Shown here one piece after another: positions 35,241 through 46,303 of a DNA stretch of 64,000 bases. The stretch lies in assembly GCA_001600695.1 (NCBI GenBank), contig BCKQ01000001.1, positions 1,270,202 to 1,334,201 on the forward strand, given 5' to 3'. A program made the position numbers and the translations under genes. The DNA is from Ascoidea asiatica JCM 7603 (taxonomy: Eukaryota; Fungi; Ascomycota). How positions within the stretch are numbered: position 1 is the first letter of the stretch; each line of letters begins with the position of its first letter. Under the pieces are notes generated by a model, which worked only from the letters and a program-made list of their open reading frames with translations, was not told the DNA's origin and ran no database searches.

Positions 35241-35731
35241 AAAAAAAAGTAAAATTTTTTTTTTTTTTTTTTGACTAAAATTTATTTCGTTTTTTTTCGT
35301 AAAAATTGATTATTTTGTTTTCAATTTCATTTTATTTTATTTTATTTTTCCTTAGTTATTTATTCTTTTATTTACTTTTTTCATTTTGATTTTTGATTTT
35401 GTTTGAAATTTTGATTTTGATTTTCAATTCTTTTTTTCAATTCATTTTATGATTTTATATTTTCTTTTCCAATTCATTTTTTTTGTCTTTTCTTTCCTTT
35501 TTTCTATCTTTTTCCTATCTTTTTTTTATCTTTTTTTTCTTTTTAACAAAATTAGTTAGTTTTTCTATAGTAATATATATATATTTATAAATAAATTATT
35601 TCAATTTTTTAAAAATCTTTTCCATAAAACTATTTCAAGTGATTCCATAAATTGATAAATTATTTTATCAATCAGGTAGAATTATATTAATAATAACCAA
35701 GAAAAAAAAAAAAAAGAAAAAAAAACCCAGA

Positions 35732-35834
35732 CGTTACAGACAGGATTCGAACCTGCGAAGGATAAACCCAATGCCTAAACTGCTTTTACTAGAAAGTTAG
35801 CAGGGCATCGCCTTAACCTCTCGGCCACAGTAAC
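35732..35834 (-). tRNA. tRNA-Ser(GCU) with 21-nt intron (35797-35777)
   Basis: Minus strand reads GTTACTG TG GCCGAGAGGTTAAGGC G ATGCC CT GCT A [intron] A GGCAT, long variable arm, GCAGGTTCGAATCCTGT CTGTAAC G. A and B boxes are intact, the intron contains AGCAG complementary to the anticodon, and an oligo-T terminator follows. Confidence 0.97.
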
Positions 35835-35982
35835 GTTTGCTTGAAAGTTTTCGAAATATTCAACACATGAGTTTCTCTTCTTACTCTGGTCACATGTCAT
35901 AATTCTTTAGACCATTTTTGACCCGTGTCTTTGGATGCTTTTCTTTTTTTTGTTTCTGTTTCTATAAATAGATTCTTCGATA

Positions 35983-36056
35983 CGCTGACGTTAGCAGGGG
36001 TCCCACACTGACGCGTCAGCCTTATTTATTTCTCACAAATAACCTTTTCACGCGTT
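35983..36056. promoter_or_regulatory. SSO upstream motifs: TGACGT, STRE-like AGGGG, palindrome CTGACGCGTCAG (36008-36019) and second ACGCGT (MCB) at 36050
   Basis: Motifs read directly, about 500 bp upstream of the syntaxin ATG. Confidence 0.5.
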
Positions 36057-36540
36057 TATTTTTTTTGTTTCAGAACTGGAAAACCAACACACTCATTTTT
36101 GTGTTCTTCGTTCCTGAAGATTTTATTTCGCATTATCGCTAAGGAATTATTATGAGTTTGAATATGAAAGAAAGAAAGAAAGAAAGAAAGAATTATTGCA
36201 ATTGAATTTACTTCCTGAGTGGTTTTAATATTAGTATTAGTTTTAGAGTGACAAGTTATCTATTTTGCAATCTAGTTCTTTTAATCTCATTGTAACTCAT
36301 CTCATTCATTGACTTAAATAATATTTGTGTTTTAGATCCTTATTTATCAAATACATTTACTTAAATTAATCAACTCAATTAATCAACTCAATTATTCAAC
36401 TATTCAATTATTCTTCTGGTCAATTATTCAATATTCTAGTCTAAATCAACTTATCAATCTTTCAGCCTTACAATTCTTTAAACTATCAATCTTTTAATAT
36501 TTCAACTTATTGAACTTAATAAAATTATAAAATTAAAAAA

Positions 36541-37413
36541 ATGAGTTACTCTTATGGTAATCAAAAACCAGGTGGTTCAAATCCATTTGATGAACATTCA
36601 AATTATGAGTTAAATAATGTTGATGATTCTGCAAATTTTTTTAATGAAATTAATAAAATTAAATTAAATTTAAAATCTTATTCAGATTTAATAAATCAAA
36701 TTGAATCAACTCAAAAACGTTTATTAAATGAATTTGATGATGAACAAGAATCAATAACAAGAAAAGAATTAGATTCTTTATTAGCTCAAATTCAATCAAA
36801 ACAAAATGATTTAAAATTTAAAATTTCTAAAATTGTTAAAAAATCTGGTTCAAATTCAGAAAAAAATGATCAAGCTGAAAATGTTAAAGAAGATTTTTTA
36901 TCTTTAATTAATCATTTTAGATTAATTCAATCTAATTTTAAAGATTCAAATAAACAACAAGCTGCAAGACAATATAAAATTATTAAACCAAATGCTTCTG
37001 ATAATGAAATTTCTCAAGTTCTTGAAGAATTTGAATCTGGTAATTCTCAACAAATGTTTTCTCAAGCTTTATTAAATTCAAATAGAAGAGGTGAAGCAAA
37101 ATCTGCTTTAGCTGAAGTTCAACAAAGACATCAAGAATTAATTAAAATTGAAAAATCAATGCAAGAATTAACTCAATTATTTACTGAAATGGAAGATTTA
37201 ATAGCTGAACAAGATGAAGTTATTCAACAAATTGATCAAAATTTTGAAAAAGCTCAAACTGATGTTGAACAAGGTTTAGCTGAAACTGATAAAGCTGTAA
37301 CAAGTGCTCAAAAAGCAAGAAAAAAGAAAAGATGGTGTATATTTATTGTTGTACTTATAGTTTTAATTCTTGTTGCAATTATTGTTGGTGCTGTTGCTGG
37401 TAGTTTAAAATGA
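36541..37413 (+). CDS. SSO1: Plasma-membrane syntaxin t-SNARE (Sso1/Sso2 ortholog)
   Basis: RQYKIIKPNASDNEI, FSQALLNSNRRGEAKSALAEVQQRHQELIKIEKSMQELTQLF SNARE motif, ARKKKRWC and a C-terminal transmembrane anchor. Confidence 0.96.
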   Translation: MSYSYGNQKPGGSNPFDEHSNYELNNVDDSANFFNEINKIKLNLKSYSDLINQIESTQKRLLNEFDDEQESITRKELDSLLAQIQSKQNDLKFKISKIVKKSGSNSEKNDQAENVKEDFLSLINHFRLIQSNFKDSNKQQAARQYKIIKPNASDNEISQVLEEFESGNSQQMFSQALLNSNRRGEAKSALAEVQQRHQELIKIEKSMQELTQLFTEMEDLIAEQDEVIQQIDQNFEKAQTDVEQGLAETDKAVTSAQKARKKKRWCIFIVVLIVLILVAIIVGAVAGSLK

Positions 37414-37871
37414 AAATAAAATTTTTTTTTTTCTTTTTTGTAAATGACATATTTGTCTTAATAGACTCTCCTTTTGCCTTTCCCTTTAATCATCAATCAA
37501 TTTATTCTTTTTTGTCTATCTGTCTTTTTACCTCTATTTATTTATCTATTTATTTATTTATTTGTTGTTTACTTGATATTTTTTCACATGTATGGTTCAA
37601 TTTATTACTATACTTATTCATTGTTTTTTAATAGTTCTTTATTTAATTTTGATTATTTTTTTTTTGCTCAATTTCAGTTCTTCAATATAAGTTACTTATC
37701 CATTTAAATTCTATTAACAATTTCTTTCAAAAAAAAACAAAAAAAACAGAAAAGAAGATCATATCAAGTTTTTTTTTTAGAAATACAAACCCAATTACTC
37801 TTAAATATGAAGAAACTAGAATAGTTACGAATATGCCCCTCTTTTCTGCTTCTAAATTTTTTTATATTCAA

Positions 37872-38692
37872 TTATCCGGAAAAATGATTTTTAGAAGAAA
37901 AAAAAAAAAAAAAAAATTAGAAATAAACTAAATAAAATGAATACAAATAAAAATAATGTAAATCTATAAGAATCCGGATTAACTTTTAAATTAATTTACC
38001 CATTTTTTGATTTATTAACCAAATTTATTTGAACTGACATTTAATTATTAGAAACCATATTGAATTTAATCATGATTATTTTATTTTACTCATTCAAATC
38101 ATAATTATTACAATAAATATCATAAATTATTCCGATTTTTACCAGTTTTATTATTAAACTGTATGTAATACGGCACAATTTACGTTTCGGAAAAATTATG
38201 CTCCGGTTTATAGGAGTGACAGAAATCCACGCCGCTGATCTCTCAAACTAATTTACTCTTTACCGGAACAATTATTCTTTTATAGTTACTTTATCTAAAA
38301 AACAGAGAAAATGATAAAACAATTATTATTATTATTATTCTTGATAAAAAGACGTTTGAAGAAGAAAATTCGTTTTCTTCTTAAGTATGGAAATAAATAC
38401 TGATAACAAGAATACTAGATTAATCTCTTTTTTGTTGCAATTAATCTATGAATATAGCTAGTCTCGTTAGTCCAATAAATTCATCCATATTTTATAATAT
38501 ATGAGAAGTAAATCGTTTTCTCTATTGGAACAATCTTTGTGGATAAACACCGGCCCGTGTGCTACTCGTACTTTTGGTCTGCTTTAAACAACGCACCACC
38601 CCTTCTATCAGGCAGACTCTGCGTCCGGAGGAAACGAGATACCTTAAATGGATTCAAAACCTCTCTGTTCTGTCCACACACAAAATTATCCG
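37872..38692. promoter_or_regulatory. Cluster of nine CGGANNA (Rgt1-type zinc-cluster) sites
   Basis: Matches at 37872(-), 37877(+), 37975(+), 38128(-), 38188(+), 38199(-), 38264(+), 38626(+) and 38686(-). Confidence 0.5.
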
Positions 38693-39870
38693 AGTACAAT
38701 GTATCCCAAAAGTATCGGGGAATCTAGGTTAATATATTATTTCAAGTGAACTTGGTATAGAGTAAAACCTAAATAACTCAATTCTTTATTTTTTTTTAAA
38801 AAAGAAGGTTGAACTTTTCATTTAGCAAACTATCAAATATGAATAATATAATTTTGATACTTTTGAATTATATTGCTTTCAAACTTTTTCACTTACTAAT
38901 ATCTGTCTCAATTGAAGATATGCGATTTATGTTTTTTTTTGTGAATGGAGATATTCTTTTAAGCAATAAAATATGAAATATTTGAAATCTTATTTCCACT
39001 CAATTTTAATGATTTCAATACAGTAAGTACCTTGCGTAACTTTTAACTTGTTTATAATTCTTTCTGTTGCTCATTTGCTAAATTAAAGCAAGTTGTTAAA
39101 TAAGATAAGGTCATTTTATACCTTTTTCTCAAATGATTGAATAATCAAATGAGTTGCTTTCAAAAGAATAAAAGCAATTGAATTTCAAAAGGATCATAAA
39201 TGAATTTAAGTGTGATTGATTGAATTCATAAGAATAAATTGGAAAAAAAAAAAATGTACTTGTAATGCAAAGTGGGATTCCGAATTTCAACAACCAGACC
39301 ATCCGATTCCCGATAGCAAAGGGATCTGCCTCAAAATTTCTAGTTACTTAGCTTTAGCCAGTAATTTTTCTTTATAATAAACATGAAGGTGAATTTATAT
39401 GTTTCTTTGTATTAATTTAAATTTTATTTGAATATAAATATGGAATTTCCATGAATTAATTAATATCTGTTATTACAAATAATATAATAAATGTATAAAT
39501 ATTCCATAAAAGTATAACTATTTCAAAATTATATTTAATGATTCAAGTTTTTTATATTAAATTCAAAAGTCACTTTCTTAACTAATACTCATTTATTTTA
39601 CTCGTTAGTACATTACTCATCACCTCACTTTCATAAATAAGTTGACAGCTGAAGTAAAAGAAAAAGTAAACAATATTATAATTTAAATTTAAATATAAAT
39701 TCATATTAATATTCATAGAAAATATTTCTTTCAGTTTTTATAATTTAATATTGCATTTTATATTAAAGAACATTTCATTACAATATTAATCAATATAAAC
39801 ATAAATTATAATACTTTATGATAAGTTTTTATATAAATGCAACAAAATATAATATAATTTTTTTACAAAA

Positions 39871-40467
39871 ATGAGTTTTAAAATTAGGAATTATTTCTTA
39901 AAATCCAAAAATAGAAGAAGTAATAGTTTTATAAATAAATTAAATAAATCAAATAATAAAAATGATAAAAAAAAACATGAAGATTATGATGAACCAATAT
40001 TAGATATGAATTCAATAATAACATTTACAAGTTCAATGATTTCAATAAAAATTAAATATTTACCAAATTATTCAAGAACAGTAACATTAATAGAATCTTT
40101 AGAACAAGAAATTATGGAAAATAAGAATAATTTAAATAATGAAGAAGAATTGAAATTAAAAAATGATTTATTTTTATTATTAAAACAAATTACTTCATTA
40201 CAATTAACAAATTGTAATGCAATTAAAGAATTATATACAATGAAAACAATGAAATATATTGAAGAAATTGATTCAATTAAAGAAGAATTTTTTAAATCTT
40301 CAAATAATTTTAAAAATACTCAAAATATTTATCAATCATTTTTAAAAAATAAAATTATTAATAATCAAAATTCAAATGATGAAATTAGAGAATTTACTCA
40401 AATTGAAGAAATTTTAAAAGATTTAAATATATTTCATGAAGAAATTATAGAAGAATCAAAAAAATAA
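39871..40467 (+). CDS. Hypothetical 198-aa helical/coiled-coil protein
   Basis: ATG in AAAA context, 597-nt ORF with typical codon usage and heptad-like pattern. No family recognised. Confidence 0.55.
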   Translation: MSFKIRNYFLKSKNRRSNSFINKLNKSNNKNDKKKHEDYDEPILDMNSIITFTSSMISIKIKYLPNYSRTVTLIESLEQEIMENKNNLNNEEELKLKNDLFLLLKQITSLQLTNCNAIKELYTMKTMKYIEEIDSIKEEFFKSSNNFKNTQNIYQSFLKNKIINNQNSNDEIREFTQIEEILKDLNIFHEEIIEESKK

Positions 40468-41414
40468 TCAAATTAAATGATTTTTTTGAATAATTTTGAT
40501 ATAATTTTCTAAAATTATGAGTTTTTAGAAAAAATTAATAGGGTTAATGATTTCTTTATCATATACAGTAACTTATTATTAATCTACAATATTGATCATA
40601 CTTCAATCATATTTTACAATTACTATTTTCTTATCAAACTAAGATTATTATCCTAAATTCATTTGGATAATCAATGGCTTAATTCCGAATAGCAACCTAA
40701 TAATGAATATTTATAAATTTATGAATTTATGAATTTCAGAATTTCAGAATTTTTTCTAAAAAAGATTCCCTCCAGTTCCAATCAAAATCCAGAACTCATC
40801 CCTTTTTACAATAATTGGCGAACTACTACTATTACTACTACTACTATGATATTGCTTTCAAGTTTCAACGTACAGTTTTTTTTATTATAGTTTATTTAAA
40901 GACATTTTTTTTCTTAATATATTTTACATTATTATAAAAACCAGATAAATTTTTGTCAAAAATCATTATTATTACTTTTTTTTTTTTTTTTTGATTCATT
41001 GCTGCTACTATTCTATTAATGTCATGTTTTACGATTTCTAGAATTTTTCTGTTTATGCTTATTAATACCGTATTTATATTTATATTTTTTATATATTTAT
41101 TTGAATTTATATTTTTATTTCAAATTACATTACATATTCTATTTTGAATATAATTTTTTAGTCATTATTTGAAAAATATTAAACCTATCAATCAATTGGA
41201 TTTTGGATTAACTTATTCATTAATTGATTTGCTAAATCTGATTGATTTGTTTTTGTTTGCTGAGGCCTTCTCAAGTTCTTCTTTGTAAATATTCTCCGGG
41301 AAAAACGGAGCCAATTCAAAACGAAATCCAGATTGGAGACGCCGGAACCGGAGAAAAAAAAAAACAGCAGCTGAAATCAACGGAAAAATTGACTTCAAAA
41401 AAAATCCGAAGAAG

Positions 41415-41790
41415 TCACGTGTCATGCAAGAATGTGCACACTTCGGAAGAGAAAAGTTTGGGTTGCTTTCGGTATTTGAAAACCCCCAATTCCGAAGAAC
41501 AAAGGAACATTGCAGAGGAGTACAGTAAGAAAAACCTTAATTATATCACATTGATCATGCGACCTTACATAATATAAACATATCAAATGATTTTTTGAAT
41601 TTCCTCTAGTGAAACCAGTTTTATGGTTTATTTGAGGTTGATACATGTGACTGCACTTCAATTTGACGACAAATAACAATGTACTGGAGAGATTTAGGAG
41701 AGAGAGCGTGTTACGAGCACCAATTCTAGTGAATATTTGAAAGTCACATATATCCTTATAGGGCTTTTACTGAAATAATTTAGGGACTAA
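41415..41790. promoter_or_regulatory. RPP2 promoter with Cbf1-type TCACGTG (41415) and Tbf1-like TAGGGC/TTAGGG sites (41759, 41780)
   Basis: Motifs visible upstream of a ribosomal protein gene. Cbf1 plus Tbf1 is the ribosomal-protein promoter logic described in Candida albicans. Confidence 0.5.
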
Positions 41791-42055
41791 AACCCTTTTG
41801 ATTTTGGTGGTGAATAATTTTACCGTTTGGTAGACACAATCTGGAAGATGGAATTTCTAATATGCCATTTTTCGTTTGTCTGAAATTGTAAGTATATAAT
41901 ATTTTCAATTTTAAATTACCTAAAAAATCAATATTATTAAAATCAAATCCATAAATAATTACAAAGGATAGTCTGCGTTAAAGCTTAAAAGTGATTATTC
42001 TAATAAAAAATAATAATATAAAATATAAAATATTAAATATTAAACAATTTAAAAA

Positions 42056-42528
42056 AGTATGTTTATTTGTAAAAGTCAAATGACTTTGAAAAACGTTGTC
42101 ATATTTCAATTAAAATGAATTCAGTGGAATAAATATATAAATTTCATGATTATTTTTGAATTATAATATTAACATTTTTATTTTCAATAGTGAAATATTT
42201 AGCTGCATATCTCTTACTTACCGAAGGTGGTAGTTCTCATGTTTCCGTCAAAGATATTGAACATGTTTTAGAATCTGTTGGAATTGAAGTTGATACAAAA
42301 CAAGCTAAATTATTATTAGATGCTGTTCATGACAAATCACTTGAAGAATTAATTGCTGAAGGTTCAACTAAATTAGCTTCTTTATCTGGTGGTGTTTCTG
42401 CTGGTTCCGGTTCAGGTTCAGGTTCTGCTGCTGCTTCTGGTGAAGCTGCAACTGAAGAAGCTGAAGAAGAGGCCGAAGAAGAAGCTGAAGAATCAGATGA
42501 TGATATGGGTTTCGGTTTATTTGATTAA
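42056..42528 (+). CDS. RPP2: 60S acidic ribosomal protein P2. Exon 1 coding part is a single A (42056); intron 42057-42190; exon 2 42191-42528
   Basis: A|GTATGT...TATTAAC...TAG|TG rebuilds the ATG. Protein reads [10 protein letters not shown]...SVGIEVD...EELIAEG...[13 protein letters not shown]. Confidence 0.95.
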
Positions 42529-42914
42529 ACAAGTTAATTCTTTGTATAATAGAAATATTTAAATCTAATCAAACAAACTTTTAATAATTCATCTATTATA
42601 TTCTCTGTAATCATTTAGAAGTAAAATTCCTAAAAATTTGACCTATTTTTTTCTATCTTTTGTTTAGAAATCACGAGCTTCATTCTAAAAATTTATCATA
42701 TCCGTTATTTTAAAGTTAAAATCTCACCCAGTTTTACGTAATCAATTTATCCAATTAAATTGAATTAAAACATACTGTAACGTTATGTTTATCGAAATTA
42801 TTCTAATATTTATTTAGTTTTCAAATAGAAACAATAAGAAATTCTTAATATTATTAATCTAAGTGATTAAATATAAATAATTAATAAAGTTAAATTAAAT
42901 TACATTAAATCAAA

Positions 42915-43500
42915 ATGAATACTCCAAGATCTTTCTGGTAAGCAAGATGCTTTTTTTTTTTGTTAAATTTTTGTAATATGAGTCGTTTTCATTAAGAAAA
43001 ATAATATTATTTAAAATAAGTAGGAAAAATAAGAACTTTAAAACTGACATCATCTATTTTTGCTTTTGCTTTTGGAATTGGAATTAAAATAGGGCAGGTA
43101 TGGGTCTTATCACCGCAGTAGGTGTTGGATCTTTAATATATGCAAAAAAGTATGTTTATTATTATTGAATAAACTAATGTTATAAATAATTAATTAATAC
43201 TAACTAATTTATTTTTTCATTAGACAAATTAATACAAGAAGAGAAACTCAATATAGACCAAGTCATAAAAGTTGGGAAGATCTTAAAGATCAACATGATG
43301 GTTTTGATAGTTCCAAGGTAAAACCAGGTTTTCCTGAATCAAGTGGAGTTCAACGTAAAAGTGAATATCAAGGAGGTGGAGATGCTTATACTGTAAGTTT
43401 TTTTTTTTTTGCTAAAATACAATAAAATCAACAATTGCAATCATACTAACATTTAACTTGTTTTTATTAGTCTCGTAAACCTGGGGATAAGTTTTCTTAG
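42915..43500 (+). CDS. Four-exon 92-aa single-TM microprotein, DUF4748-like. Exons 42915-42937, 43093-43149, 43224-43392, 43471-43500
   Basis: Donors GTAAGC, GTATGT and GTAAGT; branch points ACTGAC, TACTAAC and TACTAAC; TAG acceptors. The spliced frame is open: MNTPRSFWAGMGLITAVGVGSLIYAKKQINTRR...RKSEYQGGGDAYTSRKPGDKFS*. Confidence 0.85.
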
Positions 43501-43994
43501 AGAAAAGTAATTTCAAAAAATTATAATAATCATAATCATAATAATGGATGTTTGTAAATAAATACCAAATAGTCATTTTACTAATATAGAGAAAAAAAGT
43601 TCAAATTTGTTTTTGTTTTGTTCTGTATATATTTTCATTTTCAACAATTTTTCGTAATCAGCTCTTCTCTAAATTCTTCAATAAGTTCTTGAATAAAAAA
43701 CTAATTATTGTTTAGTTGTTAGATAATAATTTCATCTTTTGTAGCTTTGATTGTAAATTATCATTGAAAAAAGTGGTTTATTGGATGATCTTGGCAGGGT
43801 AACCCATTTTCCCGAAACGATCTTATACGAGACCCTTTACGAAGATCTCGAATTGAATCTTGGAAACAAACGCAGAGCTGGAGAAGTGAGGAACTGAATT
43901 TATTTGATTAAATTATGGATTTTAATGCTTTATTAAATTGAAAAGAGAATATAGAATAGTCCAATATCGTTTATCAATCATCATTACAATAATA

Positions 43995-45056
43995 ATGGAG
44001 ACTCCTAAAAGATTAGTAACTATAATTACTGGAACTAATAGTAATCTTGGGTTAAATATTGCTTATAGATTCTTGAAAACAGCTCCAGAAGATGCAAGAA
44101 TTACAATTATTGTAACTTCAAGAACATTACCAAGAGCAAATGAAGTTATTCAATTGATCAAAAAATATCATAATGAAAAATTAAAAAGATCTGGATCTTT
44201 AGATTTCGATTATCTTTTAATCGATTTTACTGATATGATATCAATATTAACAGGAATTTATGAATTAAAAAAAATTTATTCAGAAATTAATTATCTTTTT
44301 ATAAATGCTGCTCAAGGTGTATTTTCTGGAATTGATTGGATCCAAGCTACAAAAGATGTAATTACAAAACCATTAGAAGCTGTAACTGCTCCAACTTATA
44401 AAATTCAAAAAATTGGTATAAAATCAAAAGATAATTTAGGTTTAGTATTTCAAGCAAATGTATTTGGTCCATATTATTTTATAAGTAAATTAAAATTATT
44501 ATTATCAAAAGGTAATGCAAGAATCATATTAATATCAAGTTTAATGTCTGATCCAAAATATTTATCAATGAATGATATTCAATTAATTAAATCAAATGTT
44601 TCTTATGAAGGTTCAAAAAGATTACTTGATCTTTTACATTTATCATATTATAAAGAATTAAATGAATTAAATATAACTGAATATTTAGTTAATCCAGGAA
44701 TTTTTATAAGTTTTTCATTTGGTAAATTTTTAAATTTTTTAACATATTATGGTATGATTGCATTATTTTATTTTGCAAGAATTTTAGGATCTCCATGGCA
44801 TAATATTCATGGTTTTATGGCAGCAAAATCACCAGTATTTGCAGCTTTAGAAGCAAATCCAACTTTTGATAAACAAGATGTAAAATATGGTTCTGCATGT
44901 ACTTTAACAGGTAAAGAAATTTTAAAAATTTCTGAAATTGATAAAACAAATAGTGAATTTGTTTTGAATTATATGAAAACTTTGGAAAAAGAATGGGATC
45001 AAAAATTAGAAACTGAAAATTATCGTACCGATACAAGAAAAGAATATCCGGATTAG
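43995..45056 (+). CDS. ERG27: 3-keto-steroid reductase (ATG at 43995)
   Basis: IITGTNSNLGLNIAYR, IVTSRTLPRA, NAAQG, VFQANVFGPYY, catalytic YEGSKRL and ARILGSPWH. Confidence 0.96.
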   Translation: METPKRLVTIITGTNSNLGLNIAYRFLKTAPEDARITIIVTSRTLPRANEVIQLIKKYHNEKLKRSGSLDFDYLLIDFTDMISILTGIYELKKIYSEINYLFINAAQGVFSGIDWIQATKDVITKPLEAVTAPTYKIQKIGIKSKDNLGLVFQANVFGPYYFISKLKLLLSKGNARIILISSLMSDPKYLSMNDIQLIKSNVSYEGSKRLLDLLHLSYYKELNELNITEYLVNPGIFISFSFGKFLNFLTYYGMIALFYFARILGSPWHNIHGFMAAKSPVFAALEANPTFDKQDVKYGSACTLTGKEILKISEIDKTNSEFVLNYMKTLEKEWDQKLETENYRTDTRKEYPD

Positions 45057-45241
45057 CACGTGCGACCAGGTCTGTCTTAAATCAAAAAATCGGATGATGA
45101 TGTCAATTTAAACCTATTTATATCTTTATATTCCTACAATTATCAATTATCAATTATCATTTATATTAAATATTTTTATATATCTTACAATAAATTAACA
45201 TTCAATTCAATTAAACTAACTAGATTCTTTTTAAGCATTCA

Positions 45242-46030
45242 ATGATGATTAGAAATTTCAAAAAGCCAATTGTTCCATTGGCTACACTTTTAATTCTTGC
45301 ACTTTTATTTTTTATAACTAAAAATAATACTACAAATGATTTAGATTTTCCAGCACCATTAAAATCAGAAAATATTCAAACAACATTAACACCAATGAAA
45401 AAGAAACCATTTAAGAAAATTAATAATGATAATGATGAAATAGATATAAATTCCAATGAGAAATCAACAAATTTACCAAATATAGTTTTAACACCATTTA
45501 TGCCAAAAATGGAAAATCAAACTTTAAGAGCAGAAATAGGGAGAGCAACATGGACATTATTTCATAATATACTTGCAAGATATCCAGAAATTCCAAAAGC
45601 TGAAGAAAAAGAAACAACTAATCAATTTATTAATTTATTTGTTAAAGTTTATCCATGTGGAGATTGTGCAGAACATTTTCAAAGATTAATTGAAAAATTT
45701 CCACCACAACTTGATAGTAAACAAAATGCAGCATTATGGGGATGTGATTTACATAATAAAGTTAATAATTTTTTAAAAAAACCAATTTATGATTGTACGA
45801 ATATTTTAAATGATTATGATTGTGGTTGTGGACCAGAAGAAGGAGATGATAATGATGATTTTAATTTTGCTAAAAAGGATAAAAATAAAAAAATCATTCA
45901 AGATAAAAATGGAAAATCTCAAGAAAGTATGAAAATGGCATCAGATAAAGAAGATTTAGAAAATGAAGTTGTTGATCATAGAAAGAGTATTAAGATTGAA
46001 GAAGTTGAAAATGAACAAAGAGGTGGTTAG
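45242..46030 (+). CDS. ERV2: ER FAD-linked sulfhydryl oxidase Erv2
   Basis: N-terminal TM, FMPKMENQTLRAEIGRATW, YPCGDCAEHF (CxxC), WGCDLHNKVN and YDCGC shuttle motif. Confidence 0.96.
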   Translation: MMIRNFKKPIVPLATLLILALLFFITKNNTTNDLDFPAPLKSENIQTTLTPMKKKPFKKINNDNDEIDINSNEKSTNLPNIVLTPFMPKMENQTLRAEIGRATWTLFHNILARYPEIPKAEEKETTNQFINLFVKVYPCGDCAEHFQRLIEKFPPQLDSKQNAALWGCDLHNKVNNFLKKPIYDCTNILNDYDCGCGPEEGDDNDDFNFAKKDKNKKIIQDKNGKSQESMKMASDKEDLENEVVDHRKSIKIEEVENEQRGG

Positions 46031-46303
46031 ATTATATATATCTTTATTATTTATTTTCTCATGAATTTACATTTATATAAACAACAAAAAGATGAAGAAG
46101 AAGAAGTTTAATAAACTTTTAAAACATATTTTATTTTTGATTTATATCCATATTTAAAACTAATAATTATACTAAATAAAACATGAAACTAAGATAATAA
46201 TCATTTGAATGGAGTAAGTAGTAAAGGAAAGGGTAGAGTGAAAGATAAAGGAAAAAGAGAGTAAAAAAAAAAGGGGGAAAAAGATGAAAAGAAAGTAAGT
46301 TAT

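Noticed and set aside
11193-41679. Short ORFs over GC islands (11193-11414, 14886-15339, 32142-33154, 38539-38727, 41213-41679)
   Set aside because: Stop codons are depleted by local GC content, codon usage is unlike host genes, many starts are non-ATG, and there is no recognisable homology.
15880-43994. TTG/GTG start extensions in the ORF track (15880, 27377, 33792, 42190, 43938; also 14521)
   Set aside because: In this eukaryote, downstream ATGs or spliced exons give the conserved N-termini.
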